A stretch of 43,512 nucleotides of DNA, from IMG/VR virus record IMGVR_UViG_2563366800_000009, positions 1-43,512 of that record; one strand, given 5' to 3'. The position numbers and the translations under genes were made by a program. The stretch comes from a virus. Taxonomy: Duplodnaviria; Heunggongvirae; Uroviricota; Caudoviricetes. This document shows positions 38,144 to 43,512 of this stretch, one piece after another. The notes beneath the pieces were generated by a model. It was given only the letters and a program-made list of their open reading frames with translations, made no database searches and was not told the DNA's origin. The stretch's first letter is position 1. Each line of letters starts with the position of its first letter.

Positions 38144-38824
38144 ATGGGAACTGCGACATTAATACTCGGTGAGTCTGGCACCGGAAAATCAACCAGCATG
38201 AGAAATATCAATCCAGAGGAAGCAATACTTATAAAACCAATAGGCAAGCCGCTACCATTTAAATCAAAAGAATGGCTGGCATGGGATGCCAGAGCAAAAA
38301 AAGGAACCGTAGTTACCACTGACAAATGGGACGTAATAGTTTCCGTAATTAAGCGTGCTCACGAATACGGGAAAAGAATCGTTATTGTTGATGACTTCCA
38401 GTATGTGATGAGCAATGAGTTTATGCGCCGCTCAGAAGAAAAATCGTTTGATAAATTTACTGAGATAGGCCGCCACGCATGGGAGGTGATTAAGGCTGCA
38501 CAGGATGCACCTGATGACCTGAGAGTCTATTTTCTTGCGCACACCGAAGAAACCCCTATGGGGCGCGTGAAAATGAAAACTATCGGCAAAATGCTGGACG
38601 AGAAAATCACTGTCGAAGGCATGTTTACTATAGTTCTTCGCACTCTTACCCGCGATGACCAGTTCTTTTTCACCACGAAAAACAACGGTGCAGACACTGT
38701 TAAATCCCCAATGGGAATGTTTGATTCCAATGAGATTGATAACGATCTCTCTTTCGTCGATGCCACTGTTTGTGATTACTACGGCATCAATAATGTTCAT
38801 CAAATTAAGGAAAACGCCGCATGA
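38144..38824 (+). CDS. P-loop ATPase, RecA-core-like (Sak4-type recombination ATPase)
   Basis: Walker A GESGTGKST and Walker B IVIVDD. Confidence 0.65.
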   Translation: MGTATLILGESGTGKSTSMRNINPEEAILIKPIGKPLPFKSKEWLAWDARAKKGTVVTTDKWDVIVSVIKRAHEYGKRIVIVDDFQYVMSNEFMRRSEEKSFDKFTEIGRHAWEVIKAAQDAPDDLRVYFLAHTEETPMGRVKMKTIGKMLDEKITVEGMFTIVLRTLTRDDQFFFTTKNNGADTVKSPMGMFDSNEIDNDLSFVDATVCDYYGINNVHQIKENAA

Positions 38825-39408
38825 GCAACGTGATTTTTACTTATAACGAAGAAGCAGCACTGACCGCAGGGCAAGGTGGTTTTATTAACGAAACTGGCGC
38901 TCATATCATTACCATTACTGAAGCAGAACTAAAGCAATCAGAAAAAGGAGCCAAATTTATTGAGTTTTCTGGCGAATCCGACGACGGACGTAAAATCCAA
39001 TATCTTAGCGTCTGTGTTCAGAAAAATGACGGAACGGAAAACAAATTTGGCGCAAATGTCGTTCACGCCATGATGGGGTGTGCCGGGATTGGACAATTAA
39101 CGCAGCATATGGTTTCCGCCAGTAAATTTGTTGCACCTGAATTTCATGGAAAGAAAATCGGGTTAGTGCTTCAGAAAGTATTAACCACAAACAAAAAGAC
39201 TGGCGCAGACAGCTACCAGATGGAAATACGCATCCCGTTTATTGCACAAACAGGTAAAACCCTTAAAGAAAAGGCAGAAGGCAAGCAACCAGAAACTATC
39301 GCCAACATGGTTGCCAATCTCAAAGATAAAGACAATCGCTCTAAAAACGTAAGCCAGAATCATGCAGATGATTATGGTTACAGCCAGAACGATTACCCTC
39401 CTTTCTGA
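38821..39408 (+). CDS. Putative ssDNA-binding protein partner of the ATPase; acidic C-terminal tail ending DYPPF
   Basis: C-terminal tail resembles the SSB DDDIPF-type tip; coupled to the ATPase gene. Confidence 0.45.
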   Translation: MSNVIFTYNEEAALTAGQGGFINETGAHIITITEAELKQSEKGAKFIEFSGESDDGRKIQYLSVCVQKNDGTENKFGANVVHAMMGCAGIGQLTQHMVSASKFVAPEFHGKKIGLVLQKVLTTNKKTGADSYQMEIRIPFIAQTGKTLKEKAEGKQPETIANMVANLKDKDNRSKNVSQNHADDYGYSQNDYPPF

Positions 39409-39431
39409 TTACTGAAAATAAGGCTCCCATT

Positions 39432-39728
39432 ATGCCAGCGCCTCTGTATGGTGCGGATGACCCGCGCAATTGCTCCGGTAGCTCCAAGGCGGAGGTGCTG
39501 GAAAATATCAAAAACATTTTCGACACGTTTATCGATCTGCCACCAGAAACAAAAGCAGAACGGATGTACCGACGCGATATACAACTCGCGTTAAAAGATG
39601 AGAAGGACCGAACAAACGAAACAGCAATGAGACCGTTGCGAAAAGCGACAATAGACAAATTCCCTGAATATATCGACCCGCGCCTGCGTAATTACCGCTC
39701 ACGCTATGGCGCTATCAGTAATGACTGA
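39432..39728 (+). CDS. Hypothetical 98-aa protein
   Basis: ORF in early-left region. Confidence 0.45.
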   Translation: MPAPLYGADDPRNCSGSSKAEVLENIKNIFDTFIDLPPETKAERMYRRDIQLALKDEKDRTNETAMRPLRKATIDKFPEYIDPRLRNYRSRYGAISND

Positions 39729-39903
39729 GGAATTTACCATGAGAGGGCTTGCATACAATCCCGGCATTCTTCCGGCAGAAATGATTATTCGCCAACGCGT
39801 AAAGCCAATGCCATCGAGAGAGGAATTGCTTAAGAGAAATTCTTTTCCGTCAGTAAATCAAAACAAATATCTGAATGCGATGTTGCGGAGTGGGAAAAAA
39901 TGA
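39706..39903 (+). CDS. Hypothetical small protein (likely starts at ATG 39739)
   Basis: GAGGAA RBS before 39739. Confidence 0.4.
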   Translation: MALSVMTEEFTMRGLAYNPGILPAEMIIRQRVKPMPSREELLKRNSFPSVNQNKYLNAMLRSGKK

Positions 39904-40361
39904 AACAAATGTCACTAATTGAGATGGATGGATTTCTGAAAGGTAAATGCATTCCAAGTGATTTAAAGGTTAACGAAACAAACGCTGAATATCTTGTCCG
40001 TAAGTTCGGTGAACTTGAATCAAAACTGGAAACGGCGTTGCGGGAGTGTCGTTCTGCTGGAATCACGATTGATAACCTTGAGGCTAAATGCGCGAAGATG
40101 GCTGCTGAAAATACCTCGCTTAAGCAATCTGAGAAGGAATTTAATGACTTTTGTCGTGAGGAGTTTAGCGAATGGGAAGATGATGTTACTGAAACCCAAG
40201 CCACCGACGCTTTCCTGGCTGAAATTGAACGCAAAGCAATCCGCAAGTTCATTAACAGCATTGAACACATCCTGCGTGACAAGCTGTCTCCGTATGACAC
40301 CGAAGAGATGCTTGAGGCTATGCGTATTTTTCTGGAAGAACAGGAAGGTGAGCAAAAATGA
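39900..40361 (+). CDS. Hypothetical 153-aa protein sharing the ATDAFLAE motif with Ea22-like proteins
   Basis: Motif [15 protein letters not shown]. Confidence 0.5.
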   Translation: MKQMSLIEMDGFLKGKCIPSDLKVNETNAEYLVRKFGELESKLETALRECRSAGITIDNLEAKCAKMAAENTSLKQSEKEFNDFCREEFSEWEDDVTETQATDAFLAEIERKAIRKFINSIEHILRDKLSPYDTEEMLEAMRIFLEEQEGEQK

Positions 40362-40663
40362 CGATCACAAAACAACGTGTAGAAGAAATCATATCCCGTA
40401 TTGAAATGTATGGGCATGGTGCCGGGTATACCGCTGATGAGGTTTATGACCTTGCTGTACTGGCGCTGAATTTATCAAATATCGCAAAACTCAAGCGATA
40501 CGAGCTTGATATGGATGGTTGTGACTCGTTCGGTCAGGATTGTGGCGCTGACATGACTGAAGATTCTGATGGCGATTATGTCCTGTTTGATGACGTAGTT
40601 AAGTTGTTTGAGTTTGATACATTCGAAAGCCCAGCAAAGGAGGCAACCAGTGAGCAAGATTGA
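40358..40663 (+). CDS. Hypothetical acidic 101-aa protein
   Basis: ORF overlapping neighbours. Confidence 0.45.
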   Translation: MTITKQRVEEIISRIEMYGHGAGYTADEVYDLAVLALNLSNIAKLKRYELDMDGCDSFGQDCGADMTEDSDGDYVLFDDVVKLFEFDTFESPAKEATSEQD

Positions 40664-41447
40664 CTATCAGGCACTGCGTGAAAAGGCAGAGAAAGCAACT
40701 AAAGGAAGCTACATCGTAGGGCATACATCTGTTAACCAGCACGGCAATTTAACAGGAGTTTTTGTTTGTCAAAAATGGAAAGGAGAGCCAGGTGGCGTGA
40801 TTGCAGAATGTCACGTTAACTGCCTGGTTGAAACAGATGCTCAGGCTTATGCAAACGCTGAATTTATTGCTGCCTTTAATCCAAATGTTGCGCTGGCACT
40901 ACTGGATGAACGAGATGCATTAAATGAACGCCTAGCCGAACTGGAGGCTGATTTAGCAGGGCTGGCCGAAGACCACCAGAAAGCGACTGAGTCAATTAAG
41001 CAGGCTGATGCAGCTGTTAAGTTGGCACACGAGAAGTTTTCGGCGCTGGCGGCGGAGAATGCGGGGCTGAAAGACACTCTATCAGCAGTGATTGACCGCA
41101 GTAACGAGCCTGATTATCAAAGCATCGGAATGGGCTGTGGTGTTGAGGATAACGGTCTTCAGACTGACGGTTATAACGCCTGTGAATATGGATGGCGCGA
41201 AGCAATGGATCGCATTTACTCAGAAGTTATTCCAGACACTATTCCTGAAACCCCGGCGACAGACGCCTTCCTGGCTGAAGTGCGGGCGCATGACCTCAAC
41301 GCTTTCATTCGGCATCACAGTGCAGAACTGGATGCGCATATTAAAAACGGTGGTGAGCAGTTCGACGAAAAATCAGTACGCATCAGAGACATCATCGTCT
41401 CAGCCCGCTTGTTCAGGGAGCAGATTCGCAAGGAGGCCGCCCAATGA
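40653..41447 (+). CDS. Ea22-like protein
   Basis: GTG start with AAGGAGG RBS; coiled coil; [17 protein letters not shown] motif. Confidence 0.6.
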   Translation, partial: SKIDYQALREKAEKATKGSYIVGHTSVNQHGNLTGVFVCQKWKGEPGGVIAECHVNCLVETDAQAYANAEFIAAFNPNVALALLDERDALNERLAELEADLAGLAEDHQKATESIKQADAAVKLAHEKFSALAAENAGLKDTLSAVIDRSNEPDYQSIGMGCGVEDNGLQTDGYNACEYGWREAMDRIYSEVIPDTIPETPATDAFLAEVRAHDLNAFIRHHSAELDAHIKNGGEQFDEKSVRIRDIIVSARLFREQIRKEAAQ

Positions 41448-41821
41448 GCAACATCGACAAACAGGCGCTGCGTGAAATCGCAGCGGCAGCAGTTGGCGCA
41501 CATGAGCGCCTTAGTGTTATGCCGCCTGATGACATTTTCGATATCTCACTGGCAGAAGGAACTCAGCTTGATGCAGATATCACTGCCTTGAACGCGCTGA
41601 ACTCCGCAGCCAACCCCGCCACCGTGCTGGCGCTGCTGGATGAGCTGGAAGCCGCAGAGAAGCGAATCGCTGAACTGGAAGCGAAGCTCGATAGCGCAGA
41701 TAAATTGCAAGATAGCGCATTTCGTCATGGTCTTCAGCATGGCTTCAGTTTTGGTCAAACGGATAATCAGGCTGGATTTGAAGAGTGCTTATCTGCCTAT
41801 GGCACCGGTAAAGGAGAGTGA
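41444..41821 (+). CDS. Ea22-like N-terminal paralog (125 aa)
   Basis: N-terminus DKQALREIAAAA parallels the KIDYQALREKAEKA of the preceding gene. Confidence 0.5.
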   Translation: MSNIDKQALREIAAAAVGAHERLSVMPPDDIFDISLAEGTQLDADITALNALNSAANPATVLALLDELEAAEKRIAELEAKLDSADKLQDSAFRHGLQHGFSFGQTDNQAGFEECLSAYGTGKGE

Positions 41822-42096
41822 ATGTGAAAAATTATCTCAGCAATTTAGCCAGCATGCTTCAGGGGATTGCAGGTGTCATTTCAGACGGCGAGCGGGTGCA
41901 GAAAGAGTGCCCTGCGCACTTAAAGTCAGCACTACTCGAGGCTTCTCACGCGCTAGATGGTCAATCGGTCAGGGTCAATTATCCGCCTAATGGAAAGCCT
42001 GAAATTGTTAATGCCCGCGGACACCATCGACCGCTTACCTTCCGGGAACGAGTGGCAATCCGCTTACTTGGTGGCAGGACGGAGATTCGCCCATGA
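41818..42096 (+). CDS. Hypothetical 92-aa protein
   Basis: ORF, GTG start. Confidence 0.4.
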   Translation: MNVKNYLSNLASMLQGIAGVISDGERVQKECPAHLKSALLEASHALDGQSVRVNYPPNGKPEIVNARGHHRPLTFRERVAIRLLGGRTEIRP

Positions 42097-42899
42097 GCAC
42101 TATTACCAGAGAACTGGCAAAGCTGTTCAGAAAAATTACGAATTCTGAAATTGATGCGGAGGGTAACGCTCATGTTGTTTTATCTCCTGCTGATAGCCTC
42201 CTGATTAATAATGCGCGTATCGCGCTGGCATCGCTCGAAGCGGAGCCTGTGGCGTGGGCGCACAGATTAATCAACAAGCGTAACGGAGTCGTTCACCCTT
42301 GGGTTTACGGTAGCGCAGAGGCGTGTCCAAGCGAGGGGGATATCTTCAATATTGAGGTAATGCCGCTCTACACCGTCCCTCCAGCGCCGGTATCTGTGCC
42401 CGCTGCGATGGAAATTGATGATGACTTTGACAGCGCGTTTGAACACGGAAAAGCTGTCGGCTGGAACGCCTATCGCGCCGCCATGCTTCAGGCCGAACCT
42501 GTAAGTAATAGTGATGAGTTACCGCTGGACTATCTGCAAGGACACAAAGACGGCCTGGAGTGGGCTGCACAATTGGCAGAAGCCAATCATCCGCAAACAG
42601 GTGACTGGTTGTACGACGACCAAATCGATCTTGCCAGGGCGATTCGCAAAGGTCCGGATATGCCTACTGTTCAGGGTGGCAACTCTCCGGTGATTCCGGA
42701 TGGTTGGATTCCAGTAAGCGAGCGGATGCCAGGCTCACAAGAGTGGGTAATCGTGTTCGCTAAATGGGATAATCAGCAGGTCTTGTGCTGGGATGATGTG
42801 GCAAATCGCTGGACAGATTTTGAAGACCAATCCTACTACGCCTATATGTTCACCCACTGGATGCCGCTGCCAGAACCGCCGGAGCAGGATGGTGAATGA
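42093..42899 (+). CDS. DUF551-domain protein
   Basis: C-terminal WIPVSERMPG...THWMPLPEPP typical of DUF551. Confidence 0.55.
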   Translation: MSTITRELAKLFRKITNSEIDAEGNAHVVLSPADSLLINNARIALASLEAEPVAWAHRLINKRNGVVHPWVYGSAEACPSEGDIFNIEVMPLYTVPPAPVSVPAAMEIDDDFDSAFEHGKAVGWNAYRAAMLQAEPVSNSDELPLDYLQGHKDGLEWAAQLAEANHPQTGDWLYDDQIDLARAIRKGPDMPTVQGGNSPVIPDGWIPVSERMPGSQEWVIVFAKWDNQQVLCWDDVANRWTDFEDQSYYAYMFTHWMPLPEPPEQDGE

Positions 42900-42985
42900 T
42901 GCCGCCAGTTAAAGTTGTGATTATCACTTTGGTGATGATAGTGATTGCGAGAATCATGTCTGGTGAAATTGGGTGGATATGGTAA
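42896..42985 (+). CDS. Small hydrophobic peptide (29 aa)
   Basis: ATGA overlap with DUF551 gene; single TM-like stretch. Confidence 0.3.
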   Translation: MMPPVKVVIITLVMIVIARIMSGEIGWIW

Positions 42986-43018
42986 TGGCTAAGGCAGCAG
43001 CAGAGCGCAACTAACAAT

Positions 43019-43045
43019 CCTCGCACTCGCGGGGATTTCTTTTAT
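43019..43045 (+). terminator. Putative rho-independent terminator
   Basis: Hairpin CCTCGC-ACTC-GCGGGG followed by a T-rich run. Confidence 0.4.
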
Positions 43046-43086
43046 CTGAACTCGCTACGGCGGGTTTTGTTTTATGGAGATGATAA

Positions 43087-43254
43087 ATGCACTTCCGAGT
43101 TACAGGTGAATGGAATGGAGAACCATTCAACAGGGTTATCGAAGCAGAGGACATCAACGACTGCTATAACCACTGGATGATATGGGCGCAGATAGCACAT
43201 GCAGACGTAACCAATATTCGAATTGAAGAACTGAAAGAACACAAAGCCGCCTGA
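43087..43254 (+). CDS. ypdJ: YpdJ-like small protein (55 aa)
   Basis: GGAG RBS; sits immediately upstream of torI as ypdJ does in KplE1. Confidence 0.45.
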   Translation: MHFRVTGEWNGEPFNRVIEAEDINDCYNHWMIWAQIAHADVTNIRIEELKEHKAA

Positions 43255-43268
43255 TGGCGGTTTTTTAT
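43246..43268 (+). terminator. Rho-independent terminator
   Basis: CCGCC-TGAT-GGCGG hairpin followed by TTTTTTATT. Confidence 0.6.
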
Positions 43269-43276
43269 TGCCTGAT

Positions 43277-43292
43277 TTGCAGGTTCGATTCC
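43277..43292 (+). other. 16-bp exact copy of the argW T-arm segment (TTGCAGGTTCGATTCC; compare 1054-1069); att-core-like element upstream of torI
   Basis: Exact 16-bp identity seen in sequence. Confidence 0.5.
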
Positions 43293-43311
43293 CTATTCGG
43301 AGATAGCACTC

Positions 43312-43512
43312 ATGCAACACGAACTACAGCCTGATTCACTGGTTGATTTGAAATTCATCATGGCCGATACTGGCTTCGGTAAAACCTTCATCTATGACCG
43401 GATTAAGTCCGGCGACCTGCCAAAAGCCAAAGTTATCCACGGGCGAGCAAGATGGTTATATCGTGACCATTGTGAATTCAAAAATAAGCTCTTAAGCCGC
43501 GCCAATGGGTAA
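43312..43512 (+). CDS. torI: Recombination directionality factor (excisionase) TorI
   Basis: MQHELQPDSLVDLKFIMADTGFGKTFIYDRIKSGDLPKAKVIHGRARWLYRDHCEFKNKLL, recognised as KplE1 TorI; the window ends at its stop codon. Confidence 0.85.
   Translation: MQHELQPDSLVDLKFIMADTGFGKTFIYDRIKSGDLPKAKVIHGRARWLYRDHCEFKNKLLSRANG

Noticed and set aside
43277-43292. Interpreting the 16-bp argW-identical element as the prophage attR core
   Set aside because: The sequence following it is not the displaced tRNA 3' end, and the phage-encoded RDF gene torI lies downstream of it, so attR is more likely beyond the window end; kept as an unexplained att-like element instead.
43072-43320. 82-aa minus-strand ORF
   Set aside because: Overlaps the ypdJ-like ORF, a terminator and the torI upstream region on the opposite strand; no RBS; likely spurious.

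Overview
This window is almost entirely one apparently intact, mosaic lambdoid prophage of the P22/Sf6/HK620 type, integrated at the tRNA-Arg gene argW next to yfdC. It looks like a complete counterpart of the defective E. coli K-12 KplE1/CPS-53 element, which has IntS at one end and TorI at the other. All identifications are from reading translated ORFs, motifs and repeats by eye; no database search was run. Gene order from the left: yfdC, argW (attL), intS, a convergent tailspike with P22-type head-binding N-terminus, the immI region (ant, arc, mnt), an AT-rich accessory cassette at the P22 sieA position, then the late operon on the minus strand (ejection proteins, tail hub, coat, scaffold, portal, large and small terminase), accessory genes (KilA-N, HExxH protein), lysis genes (Rz/Rz1, lambda-like R and S), two phage tRNA-like genes, Q, the nin region (rusA, ybcO-like, ninE, ninB), an IS66-family insertion with 8-bp target duplication, DnaB-like helicase, O-like initiator with internal iterons, cII, nutR, cro, oR, cI, a cI-linked membrane protein, oL/pL, nutL, N, accessory pL-operon genes including a membrane protein gene flanked by perfect 73-bp direct repeats, cIII, a recombination module (P-loop ATPase plus SSB-like), Ea22-like genes, a ypdJ-like ORF and torI. 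attR is expected beyond the window end. The best candidates for undescribed lysogen-protective or exclusion functions are the three accessory islands at classical exclusion loci: downstream of mnt (sieA position), downstream of cI (rexAB position) and downstream of N (sieB position). The late-region KilA-N/HExxH cluster is a fourth candidate. None of these can be assigned a function from sequence alone.
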